A DNA stretch of 63,587 bases, filler included, from Octopus bimaculoides (lineage: Eukaryota): the NCBI RefSeq assembly GCF_001194135.2. It is 6 parts of 5 records of this genome, joined end to end, with 100 filler letters (N's around TTAATTAATTAA, not from the genome) between each part and the next. Parts side by side here need not be neighbours in the genome. Positions count along the whole stretch, not along the records: positions 1 to 19,747 come from NC_068999.1; positions 19,848 to 28,159 come from NC_069005.1; 4 more parts are not named here. One strand, given 5' to 3'. How positions within the stretch are numbered: the stretch's first letter is position 1; every line of letters starts with the position of its first letter. A program made the position numbers and the translations under genes. Shown here piece by piece: positions 14,035-26,765 of the stretch. The notes under the pieces were generated by a model, which saw only the letters and a list, made by a program, of their open reading frames with translations, had not been told where the DNA came from and did not search any database.

Positions 14035-14727
14035 TGTTCCTTCGTTATTCATACCTCCCACCGCCCCAAAAATTCCTCATCGTGATTTCGGTAGTAAGTT
14101 CGGCGTATGACAGTATAATTCCTTAATCACTTCGCTGCTAAGTCTGCGGTCGAAGAGAAGTCATGGATGAACTAAAAACTACAAAAAAACAAATCACAAA
14201 AAAAACCCCCACAAAAAACCCATAAAATAAAAACAAAAAAAACAACGATAAAATCAAAAGAAACTAACAAACAAACACACTCAGACACACACACACAACA
14301 GCACTCTTGTTTTCTTGTGGGGGTTGCGCGGACGTGTGTATGTGCGTGTGCGTAGTTTGTGTGTGTCTCTGTACGTGTGTGGATTACATCGCGGTTTTAT
14401 TAGACTCCCATCACCCCCTCTTAAATAGATTTTGATGAGGCTGTCACAGCGGTTTACAGGATTACACTTCATTAATTTTCACAATTTATTGTTGTTGTTG
14501 TTGCTGGTGTATTTGATGTTGTTATTTGTTTTAGCGTTGAAGTTGCTCTTTATCTTTATCATGTTGTTATTTGTATTCATGGTGTTGTTGTTGTTATTAT
14601 AGTTTAACCCAGCCCACACCAGTTTTCAAAACCTTGGGTCAACTCTGACTGAGCAGAGCAGAAATGATGAAAATCATTACAGCCGTGCCCATCCCATCGA
14701 GTTTATAATATATATTTTTTTCCTTTA

Positions 14728-14950
14728 CTCTTTTACTTGTTTCAGTCATTTGACTGCGGCCATGCTGGAGCACCGCCTTTTCAGTCGAGCAAATCGACCC
14801 CAGGACTTATTCTTTGGAAGCCTAGTACTTATTCTATCGGTCCCTTTTGCCGAACCGCTAGGTTACGGGGACGTAAACACACCACCATCGGTTGTCAAAC
14901 GATGCTGGGGGGACAAACACACACACACACACACACACACACCCACACAC
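14728..14950 (-). mobile_element. SINE family A tail
   Basis: Reverse complement of the family A tail, running into (AC)n and a gap. Confidence 0.8.
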
Positions 14951-15182
14951 NNNNNNNNNNNNNNNNNNNNNNNNNNNNNNNNNNNNNNNNNNNNNNNNNN
15001 NNNNNNNNNNNNNNNNNNNNNNNNNNNNNNNNNNNNNNNNNNNNNNNNNNNNNNNNNNNNNNNNNNNNNNNNNNNNNNNNNNNNNNNNNNNNNNNNNNNN
15101 NNNNNNNNNNNNNNNNNNNNNNNNNNNNNNNNNNNNNNNNNNNNNNNNNNNNNNNNNNNNNNNNNNNNNNNNNNNNNNNNNN

Positions 15183-15221
<39 letters not shown>

Positions 15222-15820
15222 TACGACGTGTCTGTTCTAGTTTGTGTAACACCCAACCCACTACTTGACAGACTTAGCAATTCGGCAAAAGAGATGGATT
15301 CGTTCAGCTGAAACCTTCAAAGTGGTGCCCCGGTATGGCTGAAGTCTAATGCCTGAAAAAGGCAAAAGCTAATGCGTAGAATCTTCTCTCACATGGCGTT
15401 ATCCGATTGTATCCTATGATATCAGATTAAGAAGCTAGACTGTGATATAGCGGAAATCTGGCTACTATTTTCAGCAGACCAAACGGCTAGCGACTATTTA
15501 GAGGTTCCCGCGCATGCACGTCGGTGTTATTGCTGATGCAAATGTTTAAAAAATAAATTAGAAATCCTTTATCGCACAGCCGCGAAATTTATAGCCTCTT
15601 GCATGTCCTACAGTGGATTAAGGGAAATATTATAGGATTATGTCGTCTTTATAGATCACCGTTAAACTCCTTTAATACTGTTTCATGCTTCATCATATAA
15701 ACGTTTGCATAAACAGCATGATCCTAATGCAAATCAACACCACAGAATCATATCCACACACATACACACACTGAAGCACACGCACAAGCTGACGCACGCA
15801 CTTAAACACGAATACAGGCC

Positions 15821-15878
<58 letters not shown>

Positions 15879-16350
15879 NNNNNNNNNNNNNNNNNNNNNN
15901 NNNNNNNNNNNNNNNNNNNNNNNNNNNNNNNNNNNNNNNNNNNNNNNNNNNNNNNNNNNNNNNNNNNNNNNNNNNNNNNNNNNNNNNNNNNNNNNNNNNN
16001 NNNNNNNNNNNNNNNNNNNNNNNNNNNNNNNNNNNNNNNNNNNNNNNNNNNNNNNNNNNNNNNNNNNNNNNNNNNNNNNNNNNNNNNNNNNNNNNNNNNN
16101 NNNNNNNNNNNNNNNNNNNNNNNNNNNNNNNNNNNNNNNNNNNNNNNNNNNNNNNNNNNNNNNNNNNNNNNNNNNNNNNNNNNNNNNNNNNNNNNNNNNN
16201 NNNNNNNNNNNNNNNNNNNNNNNNNNNNNNNNNNNNNNNNNNNNNNNNNNNNNNNNNNNNNNNNNNNNNNNNNNNNNNNNNNNNNNNNNNNNNNNNNNNN
16301 NNNNNNNNNNNNNNNNNNNNNNNNNNNNNNNNNNNNNNNNNNNNNNNNNN

Positions 16351-16384
<34 letters not shown>

Positions 16385-16899
16385 AATATAATATATATAT
16401 ATAATAAATATAATAAAGTAAAGTTGTGGAATACCGTACGAGTGGAAATATATATGAAAGAAGGTTTGAAAATGCACTTATTTTAAAGATATTTATTTAC
16501 TTAACCGGTTTCACTTTTTTAGAAAAAGATTATCAAAAGTCTTTGAGAATAATAAAAAATGTTAACAAACAGTTTGAGTATTAAAATGCATATATACATT
16601 CTTTGATGATAATAAGAGGAATATATTTAAAGTATAAAGCTTTGTATGAACTTTGTAGTGTTACATACTGATTATCACACATTCTCTGATAATAAGATGA
16701 AAATGTTTAAAACAGTGTAAGTATGAAAATACATATATATGGAAAAATACATATATATGTATGTATGTATATAAACTGTTGTGTCTGGCGAGTTATTCTC
16801 TTTTAATTCCTTATAATTTAACACACTCACTTATCAGCTGAGCGTATATGTTTGTTATAGCAAAACACTTGATAGTTTATTTCTATTTTCTGATATTAC

Positions 16900-17310
16900 T
16901 CTTTACTCTTTTACTCTTTTACTTGTTTCAGTCATTTAAATGCGGCCATGCTGGAGCACCGCCTTTAGTGGAGGAAATCGACCCTAGGACTTATTCTGTA
17001 GAAGCCTAGTACTTATTCTATCGGTGTCTTTTTCCGAACCGCTAGGTTACGGGGACCTAAACACACCAGCATCGGTTGTCAAGCGATCTTGGGGGGGGGG
17101 GGACAAGCACAGACACACAAACGCATACACACATACATATACATATATACGACGGGATTCTTTCAGTTTCCGTCTACCAAATCCACTCTCAAGGCTTTGG
17201 TCGGCCCGAGGTTATAGTAGAAGACACTTGCCGAAGGTGCCACGCAGTGGGGCTGAAACCGGAACCATGTGGTTAGTAAGCAAGCTACTTACCACACAGC
17301 CACACATACA
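16900..17310 (-). mobile_element. SINE family A, full copy
   Basis: Reverse-complement head, microsatellite and tail. Confidence 0.85.
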
Positions 17311-19144
17311 TCTTATAACACAATGTGATTTTAATACAGACATGACTGCTACAACTAGCAGAGCGAATGACTAGGAAGATGCAGGAATCTACATTACCTA
17401 GTTCCATGCGTTTTGCTTTATTATTATTTTTTTTTTTTTTTAATCCCCAGCTGGTTTTCTTTCTGGCGGCATCAAGTGTTGCTTGATAAAAGAATATAGA
17501 AATAACTGGCACAACTACACCAATATACTGTAAACAAAGAAAGTACATGATCAATAAATAAATACATAAATAAATAAATATATAAATCCCGATGGAATGT
17601 AAACACTGCAAAAACTTAAGCTAAGAACGACACCCAAATACTCATTATTTCATTTGTTTGCTCACGGTTGTCTTATCTATAATAAGGTATGTGATGTGCG
17701 GGTATATATATANNNNNNNNNNATGTGTGTACACACACACGGACACACACACAGACACACATATACACACATATATATATAAGTATATATATATGTATAT
17801 ATATATATATATGTGTACACACACGCACACACACAGAGACACACATACACACACACACATATATATTTATATGCATAGGCAAACGCATGCGCGCGCACGC
17901 ACACACAGAGAGACGTACATAATATTTTTGAATCTACATTTCTTTTCCTCCATATATTTCCACCAACACCCCTCTCCCTCCTCATCGCCAACCACATCAA
18001 CGTCATCACAATCATCATCACATCATAATCATTATTACTGAACGCTGCACTGCGCATGTATTGTACCGGGCTGTGCATAAGTATATTTATGAAGTTCTAA
18101 CAAGAGTAAGTCTCTGTGTATGTAAATATATGCGTTAAAATGTTTCTGTTTGCTCATTTGATTACTCACCTTTCGCTCTCGCTAAGCAAACTTTCTTTAT
18201 TCAAACATTCTTACATATATAGCATTCCTGAATTGGTTTATTTACAAATGTTATGTTTACACATATACTTAAATACATAAAAATATATACGTATACATAT
18301 ATATTTATATGTNNNNNNNNNNNNNNNNNNNNNNNNNNNNNNNNNNNNNNNNNNNNNNNNNNNNNNNNNNNNNNNNNNNNNNNNNNNNNNNNNNNNNNNN
18401 NNNNNNNNNNNNNNNNNNNNNNNNNNNNNNNNNNNNNNNNNNNNNNNNNNNNNNNNNNNNNNNNNNNNNNNNNNNNNNNNNNNNNNNNNNNNNNNNNNNN
18501 NNNNNNNNNNNNNNNNNNNNNNNNNNNNNNNNNNNNNNNNNNNNNNNNNNNNNNNNNNNNNNNNNNNNNNNNNNNNNNNNNNNNNNNNNNNNNNNNNNNN
18601 NNNNNNNNNNNNNNNNNNNNNNNNNNNNNNNNNNNNNNNNNNNNNNNNNNNNNNNNNNNNNNNNNNNNNNNNNNNNNNNNNNNNNNNNNNNNNNNNNNNN
18701 NNNNNNNNNNNNNNNNNNNNNNNNNNNNNNNNNNNNNNNNNNNNNNNNNNNNNNNNNNNNNNNNNNNNNNNNNNNNNNNNNNNNNNNNNNNNNNNNNNNN
18801 NNNNNNNNNNNNNNNNNNNNNNNNNNNNNNNNNNNNNNNNNNNNNNNNNNNNNNNNNNNNNNNNNNNNNNNNNNNNNNNNNNNNNNNNNNNNNNNNNNNN
18901 NNNNNNATATCAATATATATATATATACATACATATATATGCATATATATCTATATCTATAATTATAACTATATATATATATATTTATTTATTTATTTAT
19001 ATAGAGAGTGGTGAGGCAAACGGGAAAAATTGAACTCGTCATGAGAATATATATTTTTTGTATCCGTGACACTAAATGTGAGGTGCGTGTTTATGTGTGT
19101 ATGTGTGTGTCAGTGTTTGAGTGTGTGCATAAATATATACGCAA

Positions 19145-19490
19145 ATATGTGGTAAGAAGCTTGCTTCCCAACGACATCGTTCCACGTTGAGTCCTACTCT
19201 GTCTTACTTTGGGCAAGTGTCTTCTACTAACAAGTGTCTTCTACACCCTCGCGCCGACCAAATCATTCCGGGTGAATTTGGTAGATGGAAACTGATTCCA
19301 GTGTATGCGTGTCTTTGTGTCTGTGTTTGTTTCCTCATCCTCACAGTTGGCGATGTTGGTGTGTTTAAGTATCCGTAGCTTAGCGGTTCGGCAAAAATTG
19401 ACCGCTTGAATAAAAGAACTAGGCTTACAATCAATAAGTTCTGGGGGCGATTTCCTCGACTAACTTACTTCAAGGCGTTGCTCCAGCATA
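19145..19490 (+). mobile_element. SINE family A, full copy
   Basis: Head, short microsatellite and tail. Confidence 0.8.
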
Positions 19491-20160
19491 TAACACACAC
19501 ACACACACACACACACACTATCACGAGATAGAATTTGTGCATATGCCTAAAGATTTAGATATATATAAATCCACTTACAAGCGCGCTCACAAACCTACGC
19601 ACAGATACACATACAATTTATCAGGTCATCCAATAAGTTCTGTCCGAATTTTGAATAAAGAAAACAAGTGATCAATGTTATATTTAATTGAAATTTAATC
19701 ATCAATGTACTTTCCCTGATTATCTATGACTTCCTTCTATCTATTTANNNNNNNNNNNNNNNNNNNNNNNNNNNNNNNNNNNNNNNNNNNNTTAATTAAT
19801 TAANNNNNNNNNNNNNNNNNNNNNNNNNNNNNNNNNNNNNNNNNNNNAGCCACCACCTCCTCCTCCTCCTCAACCAAAGTTTGATCAGATAAATAAGACA
19901 ATGACAACAGCAACCTAGTTTAAGTCTTAAATACAATGTTGAGAAGCCAATGTTATATATATACAATAATATATAATAATATATATATATATATATATTA
20001 ATATATTTTATTATATGGATTTATTTTCTCCTAATTAATAAATAACTCGGACAAAATAAATTGGTTAATAGATACCAGGGTAGCAAAGATCACAAAATGA
20101 CTGTGGTGTAACTCCTGTTTATGAGGTAGAAACTCCTTGTTATTTTGGGTACTTGAGTAT

Positions 20161-20233
20161 ATATAAATTTAGTGAATGGAGTAAAACGCATGCAGTTAAC
20201 ATAAGCGTTTTACTCCATTCACTAAATTCATAT
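20161..20233. repeat. Hairpin, 29-bp stem with 15-nt loop
   Basis: atataaatttagtgaatggagtaaaacgc versus gcgttttactccattcactaaattcatat: 1 mismatch. Confidence 0.9.
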
Positions 20234-20859
20234 ATATATAATATATAATAATTTTATATAATAAAATATATAATAATTTTTTACATAGTCTCCACAAGGT
20301 CAGTAATTTGAGAGAAGGGAAGGAACAGTACCATGGTCACATGACTGGACAAACCCACCAAATGCTGCATCGATTGTGTGCAGTGGTGGAGATGCAAATC
20401 AAGAAGCAAATTAAAGCATCGCTTAATTGGATGTGCTTGCCTACAAGATCGTTAGACAAATCTCTTCATGCATGAATGACAGGGATTCATGCAACAAATC
20501 CACTGCAGCCAGTACGTCATGCATGACGGCACTGATGGTCTGCAGCTGCTGGCAACACTCCAACGACCAGCATCACCACTGCGCGCAACTCCGAAACGGC
20601 CACAGGACAGCATTCTTACAACTACTACCGCTGTACAAAACACGATCAGTCACCTTTTGTAGCCAACCACAACCACCACTACCACTACCACTACCACAAA
20701 TGACATTCCTACTGCCATGACCACCACCACCACTGCAGATACAAGCTCCTGTCGCAGCTACAAGTCTGGGATACAAACAAAAACACGAAAAATTTCAAGG
20801 GAGGAGGAATCGAGGAATGAAGAGGAAATGAAGTAAGAGAGGTGAGGAAGGGGTCAGAA

Positions 20860-21354
20860 AGAGGAGGGGGTCAGAAAGAGGAAGGGGGCATAGCATGATG
20901 GGAGAGGGGGGAGGTGTAACTCATCCTAGTGACCAAAGTAAAAAAAAAAAAACGAAAGAAAGAAAGAATCTAGTTAGCCACACATGTATGTGGGAGCAGA
21001 GGTCGATTGTGACCTTGTCACCATCTCTATAATCATTATCGTCATCGTCATCATCGACACTGCTGTCATCATCGCCATCGTCCCCTTTATCTTTACAACA
21101 GCCACCACATTTGTCATCATCATTATCATCATCATCATTACTGGTTTTGAACAATTACCATCCACAACGAGGTTCTGCTGCTGCTGCTGTTGGTGGTGGT
21201 GCCATTGCTGCTGCTGCTGTTGTTGTTGTTGGTAGCAGTGATGGTGGTTGGGATGACGACGACAACGATGATGAAGATGATAGCAGTGGCAGCGTTGGTG
21301 AGAGCGGTGGTGTGGGTGGTGTTGCTCGGAGCCACAGCCCCGCCTGGGTGGGTG
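20860..21354 (-). repeat. Trinucleotide-rich probable GMPS 3' UTR
   Basis: Mixed CAT, GCT, GTT and GGT repeats immediately downstream of the TGA stop. Confidence 0.55.
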
Positions 21355-21456
21355 TCATTCCCATTCAGTGTTGCTGGGTGGCTTCGCCGTTAAATCGTAC
21401 AGAACTCGAGAGATTCCAGGAACAGTTAATATGGCTTCTGTCATCTTCTGAATAAC
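21355..21456 (-). CDS. GMPS: GMP synthase-like gene, terminal exon (VIQKMTEAILTVPGISRVLYDLTAKPPSNTEWE*)
   Basis: Manual translation matches the GMPS/GuaA C-terminus (human [33 protein letters not shown]); acceptor ttag, phase 0, TGA stop at 21355-21357. Too short for the ORF track. Confidence 0.95.
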   Translation of the reverse strand, partial: VIQKMTEAILTVPGISRVLYDLTAKPPSNTEWE

Positions 21457-21714
21457 CTAATTACAGAAATAGATTGGGGAAAAAAAAAGAAAAGAAAAGA
21501 GATTACACATACAATGATGATTAGATGCTTTTATGGTTTCACTTGTTTCAGGCATTTGACTGTGGCCATGCTGGAGCACCGCCTTAAATAGAGAGTTGAG
21601 GGACAGTGTCCCACAGCAGTAAACTGTTCCTCTACACCTGGCTGTTCCAGCATCACTGACAGAACCTTGACGATCTCCAGAATATGAAATAACACACTTG
21701 GAGGATCAGATAAA

Positions 21715-21944
21715 ATTCTTATTTCATTATTACCCACAAGGGGCTAAACATAGAGGGGACAAACAAGGACAGACAAAGAGATTAAGTTGATTACATCGAC
21801 CCCAGTGCGTAACTGGTACTTAATTTATCGACCCCCCCAAAAGGATGAAAGGCAAAGTCGACCTCGGCGGAATTAGAACTCAGAACGTAACGGCAGACGA
21901 AATACCAATAAGCATTTCGCCCAGCGTGCTAACGTTTCTGCCAG
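21715..21944 (-). mobile_element. SINE family B in the last GMPS intron
   Basis: Family B consensus, reverse strand, ending at a gap. Confidence 0.85.
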
Positions 21945-22788
21945 NNNNNNNNNNNNNNNNNNNNNNNNNNNNNNNNNNNNNNNNNNNNNNNNNNNNNNNN
22001 NNNNNNNNNNNNNNNNNNNNNNNNNNNNNNNNNNNNNNNNNNNNNNNNNNNNNNNNNNNNNNNNNNNNNNNNNNNNNNNNNNNNNNNNNNNNNNNNNNNN
22101 NNNNNNNNNNNNNNNNNNNNNNNNNNNNNNNNNNNNNNNNNNNNNNNNNNNNNNNNNNNNNNNNNNNNNNNNNNNNNNNNNNNNNNNNNNNNNNNNNNNN
22201 NNNNNNNNNNNNNNNNNNNNNNNNNNNNNNNNNNNNNNNNNNNNNNNNNNNNNNNNNNNNNNNNNNNNNNNNNNNNNNNNNNNNNNNNNNNNNNNNNNNN
22301 NNNNNNNNNNNNNNNNNNNNNNNNNNNNNNNNNNNNNNNNNNNNNNNNNNNNNNNNNNNNNNNNNNNNNNNNNNNNNNNNNNNNNNNNNNNNNNNNNNNN
22401 NNNNNNNNNNNNNNNNNNNNNNNNNNNNNNNNNNNNNNNNNNNNNNNNNNNNNNNNNNNNNNNNNNNNNNNNNNNNNNNNNNNNNNNNNNNAGGTATTAC
22501 ACTTGAAAAGTAATTTGAATGCTGAAGGGTTAAATCAACCCCAGTATTTCATGATTTTTTTAGTGTGTGTGTGTGTGTGTGTGTCTATAAGTCAGTGTTT
22601 GTCCACCACCACCGCTTGACAACCAGTGTTGGCGCATTTACATCCCTGTAACTTAGCTGTTTGGCAAAGAGACTGAGTTAATAAGTAACACGCTTTAAGA
22701 AAAAGAAAAAAAAAGTAGTGGGGGTCAATTCATTCAACTAAAAGATGAAGGTGGTGTCACAGTATGGCCACTGTCTCAAACAAGTAAA

Positions 22789-22825
<37 letters not shown>

Positions 22826-22828
<3 letters not shown>

Positions 22829-23049
22829 TTGAAGGGGTGCAGAAAAGTTCCTGGCTTTGGGTAAAAGAAAATACAGGAGGATCAGTTAATTATGGTCTTA
22901 TTCAACATATTCCCCTCCCCTCAGATTCACCTTTATTACAGCAGTCCTTCAGTTTTACTAAGCCCTGTAAAAGAACTTGGAAGGTCGGGCTTCTAACCAG
23001 GCTTTTCACGACACCCTTGAAGCCAGGAACATTTCAGCATCCCGTCATA
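22826..23049. mobile_element. Mariner-derived MITE in a GMPS intron
   Basis: Inverted termini gaaggggtgcagaaaagttcctggctt / revcomp gacgggatgctgaaatgttcctggctt, TA-flanked, no coding capacity. Confidence 0.7.
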
Positions 23050-23104
23050 TATGCATGGTAGGAGGAGCAACAATCAAAGTCTAGAGAAATGAAAACAAAC
23101 TTAC

Positions 23105-23408
23105 ATCTTCAGGTATATGTACCCCGGGTGTGGCTGGCACTCCAGTCATGATGTCGGTGGATATGAATGTACGGATGATCACTGATCTCTGGCACGATGG
23201 CTGGTGGTTGATGGGATCGCGGTCAAAGTGGAGCGGCGCTAGGATGATGGGCATCTGTGAGAGACGGGTCACATAGGCAGAGTCATGCAGCACCTTGGTT
23301 GCCACGTAGTCGGCTTGGCGCAGCGTGCTGAGTACGCCATCTGTGAGAAAGGTTGGTGTCACATCTTCAACGGGAAATCGTACTTGGCCTCCAAACACAG
23401 ACACGACT
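23105..23408 (-). CDS. GMPS: GMP synthase-like exon (VVSVFGGQVRFPVEDVTPTFLT...TFISTDIMTGVPATPGVHIPED)
   Basis: Matches human DVTPTFLT/LSTLRQAD/LHFDRDP/QPSCQRSV segment; acceptor tcaag (phase 2), donor GTAAGT (phase 0). Confidence 0.95.
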
Positions 23409-23636
23409 CTTGAATAGTGGGGGAAAAAAAAGGAAAACAAGAAATAAAGGGATTAATGAAAACAATCCTTAATCTTTAGCGTTTAAGCCAGTCATATCTG
23501 GCCAAAATATTCTATTCATTTTAAGTTAAAACTGACCAGATCCAACCTCTAACACCTACCCTACAATGTCATTCTAAAAAAAAAATACAATCACATCATT
23601 GTAATATTGAAGCTACAAGATAATGCCTGATTGACT

Positions 23637-23900
23637 CAAATGAGAGAGAAGTTAGGCATAAGAGGAATTAGTTGCTGTGTGCAGGAGAGAAGACTGCGCT
23701 GGTTTGGTCATGTGATGCGGATGGATGTTGACAGCTCCATAAAGAAGTGCCAATCTCTCAAAGTAGATGGAACACATGGAAGTGAAAGAAGACCTGGGAT
23801 GAAGTACTGGAGAACAACCTCAGGATGCTGAACCTTTCAGGCGAGATGTCTGGCACCTTGTTGTACTCAAGAAGACCCGTACTCCACAGCAGAAGCATCA
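23637..23900 (+). mobile_element. RTE-clade LINE 3' fragment
   Basis: REKLGIRGISCCVQERRLRWFGHVMRMD matches the RTE RT C-terminal RLRWFGHV.R motif. Confidence 0.8.
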
Positions 23901-24517
23901 AGACTAGTCCCTCTGGTGGTGTAAAGCTCTTGCAGCAGTGCAACATAAAAGCGCCCTTTTGATAGCACCCTATGGAGAAGGGGCCTGAGGACTCTGCCCC
24001 CCCCCCATGACTAACCCCAGAATAGTAGGCAGAGATGATGGAGGGATGAATGGATGTAAACAGAAAGAACCACAATTTCTCTTTTTTATTATAAGCAAAA
24101 AAAAAAATAAAATAACACAAAATTGCTGATCTTGTTTTTGTTTTGTCCCAGGTTAAGGTATAATCTAACAGAATTATAATAAAAGCCACTCCAGCAATGA
24201 TCACCACATTTATTTATTTATTTATTTTTTTTTTTTTTGCTTTTTAGACATATCTATGACTACATCAGCTTTGTTATTTTAACCAAGTCAACTCTAGGAA
24301 GACCTATGATCAACGGTGACCATCGGGGCATGGTACCACATACACTGAATAGAAGGAAAAGAAAGAAAAAAAAGGAAAGAGAAATAAACAAAGAAACGAA
24401 AATAGAAAAAGGAAGAAAAAGAGAAAGAATGGAGGATGGCAAAAAAGGAAAGAGAGAAGCAAGAAAAGAAGGAAAGCAATCAGGAATAAAGAATTAATTA
24501 ATCGTTCGTTTACTAAC

Positions 24518-24633
24518 CTGTTGATATTGTGACATATTTTAGGGATCAATTTAGCCATTGTTAACAAGTTGTCCCATTTAGGTTTCATGTCGCTTGACAA
24601 AGCTGCTACATAACTGTACGTTCTATTGTCACC
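24518..24633 (-). CDS. GMPS: GMP synthase-like exon (GDNRTYSYVAALSSDMKPKWDNLLTMAKLIPKICHNIN-R)
   Basis: Matches human GDCRSYSYVCGISS...LIPRMCHNVNR; acceptor tttccag, donor GTTAGT; 116 nt, phase 0 to 2, compatible with neighbours. Confidence 0.95.
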
Positions 24634-24829
24634 CTGGAAAAGACAAACAGACAGATACATTGATAACAAATAGTCATTCTCTCATTCCATCTTTTCTGTT
24701 TCTCTATCCTATTCTGTTTTTCATATTCACCTTGTAGCCTCTCTCTCTCTCTCTCTCTCTCTCCAGACAGGTAAGCCATGTATTCACCTCTTCAGCAACA
24801 CACCTACACCTGTCCTTTTATCTTTTAGT

Positions 24830-25095
24830 TGTACCAGTCATTAGACTGTGGCCATGCTGGGGCACATCCTTGAAAAATTTTTAGTCTAAGCATTTTAGTC
24901 TAATTTTTAGCCAAGCCCAGTACTTATTTTGTAAAGATATTTATTCTATCAGTCTCGTTTTGCCAAACCACTAAGTTACAGGGACATAAACACACCAACA
25001 CCAGTTGCCAAACAGTGGAGGGAGACAAACACAAAGATATATACAAAAGGCTTCTTTCAGTTTTTGTCAACTAAATCCACTCACAAGTCTTTGAT
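24830..25095 (-). mobile_element. SINE family A, diverged copy in a GMPS intron
   Basis: Reverse-complement tail and partial head. Confidence 0.7.
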
Positions 25096-25368
25096 CAAAA
25101 GCAAAGTTAACCTTGGTGAGACTGTAATGTACAGAACCAGAACAAACGCTGTACTGGAAAGAATTTCATCCAACATTAACAATTTTTTAAAAATCCATCA
25201 CAATAACAACAACAACACTTTCTACCATAGGCACAAGGTCTGAAATTTTGTAGGGAGGAGCTCTTCTACAGAACAGGCTTATATTTTATTACAAGTGCAG
25301 AAATGCATATGGTCACTCATAACTGAAGGAAGGACCCTAATATATAACATGTTATCAAAACCAAATAA

Positions 25369-25708
25369 CCCTTTAGCATTTAAACCAGCCATATCTGGCC
25401 AAAATATTCAACCTCTTTTATACTCAAACTGGCCAGATCCAACATCTCACACCTACTCTACAATGCCATAGCAAAAATAAAGTTTGGCATTAGGAAGGGA
25501 ATCCAGTCATAGAAACAATGCCAAAACAGACAGGGAGCCTAAACAGCCCTTCAGCTGCTCAGCTCCTGCCAAACCCATGCCTGCATGGAAAACGATTGTT
25601 AAATGATGATCGTTGAAATCTTGAAGCTACAAGATGATAGGCGATTAATTCAAGACAAGGTGAATAAATAAGCATTACGTTTGACAGAGTAATCTGAATG
25701 CGAAAGGG
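25369..25708. mobile_element. piggyBac-type MITE with an inserted RTE-like 3' fragment
   Basis: Termini CCCTTTAGCATT ... AATGCGAAAGGG flanked by ATAA on both sides; related partial copies at ~22495-22535, ~23470-23630 and ~46645-46800. Confidence 0.65.
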
Positions 25709-25733
25709 ATAAACAGAGCCAAATCACACTCAC

Positions 25734-25859
25734 CTGCACTCCGACACTCTTGATAGGAAGGAGCATGGCAACAACAGTCTGTGATTCTGTGATGCGCACC
25801 AAGTCAGCTTGTTCTTCCACAGTGGTGCAACTTTTCACCTTGTTTAATAGTGAGTGAGG
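25734..25859 (-). CDS. GMPS: GMP synthase-like exon (PHSLLNKVKSCTTVEEQADLVRITESQTVVAMLLPIKSVGVQ)
   Basis: Matches human PHTLLQRVKACTTEEDQ...LLPIKTVGVQ; acceptor ttttctctttcag, donor GTGAGT; 126 nt, phase 0-0. Confidence 0.95.
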
Positions 25860-25911
25860 CTGAAAGAGAAAATTGAAAAACTGACTCAGAAAACTAAGAC
25901 ATCGCTAACTT

Positions 25912-26140
25912 ATTTCTTTACTGCCCACAAGGGGCTACACACAGAGGGGACAAACAAGGACAGACAAACGGATTAAGTCGATTATATCGACCCCAGTGCG
26001 TAACTGGTACTTATTTAATCGACCCCGAAAGGATGAAAGGCAAAGTCGGCCTCGGCGGAATTTGAACTCAGAACGTAGCAGCAGACGAAATACCGCTAAG
26101 TATTTCGCCTGGCGTGCTAATGTTTCTGCCAGCTCGCCGC
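25912..26140 (-). mobile_element. SINE family B
   Basis: Family B consensus; flanked by gacatcgctaactta duplicated at ~25899 and ~26143 (TSD-like). Confidence 0.88.
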
Positions 26141-26269
26141 CTGACATCGCTAACTTAGTATATTTAACGACAAGGGGAAATATTACACACACACACACAA
26201 ATGCACATATGACAGACAGACAGATCGAGCTACTATCATTGGCATTAACTCATATCCGAATAGTTAATC

Positions 26270-26765
26270 TGTAGTGGGTGATTGAGCTTCTTGGGTATTA
26301 CACTGCATGGAAAGATGACCTTGACATAAGAGCCACCAGCAGATGGCTCCACACTAGGCGTTTCCAGCTGACCAAGCCTACCCCCATCACCCAGTTTGTC
26401 ATCACTATTGGACTTAGGGAAGGGAGCAGAGAGGCTCGTTGCTCAAGTCACAGATGGCCTTCACGTGATTTAATGTAGGGTGGACCATGTATTGCGATCA
26501 CAAGTCTCACACACTTGGCCGCTCACCTTTGCCAGCAGCACCACTGAAATTCGTGACATGTTGGATCTGGTTAGGGTGGTTGCAGCAGGCAGCCAAATGA
26601 CTTGAGATCTGCCTTGTTCACACCACTGCACACGGCATCTGTGGGTTCATATTGGAGTTTCCTTCTCCTTGATGGACTGCCTTCCAGGCTGACAAGCTCC
26701 ATCCACCCAAAAGCACACATGCTAGTTAACCCATAGCTGAGGGCCTTTAACAAGTGCTTCTACTC
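26270..26765 (-). mobile_element. Possible RTE-like LINE 5' fragment
   Basis: GC-richer block; minus strand contains ggaaggcagtccatcaaggagaaggaaactccaa, resembling RTE 5' UTR motifs (recognition only). Confidence 0.35.

Noticed and set aside
21111-21455. Plus-strand 114-aa ORF and overlapping ORFs
   Set aside because: Antisense shadow of the GMPS last exon plus trinucleotide repeats.
21531-21737. ORF IVKVLSVMLEQPGVE as the GMPS last exon
   Set aside because: Lacks YDLTxKPP..EWE; the true terminal exon is 21355-21456; the ORF runs into SINE sequence.
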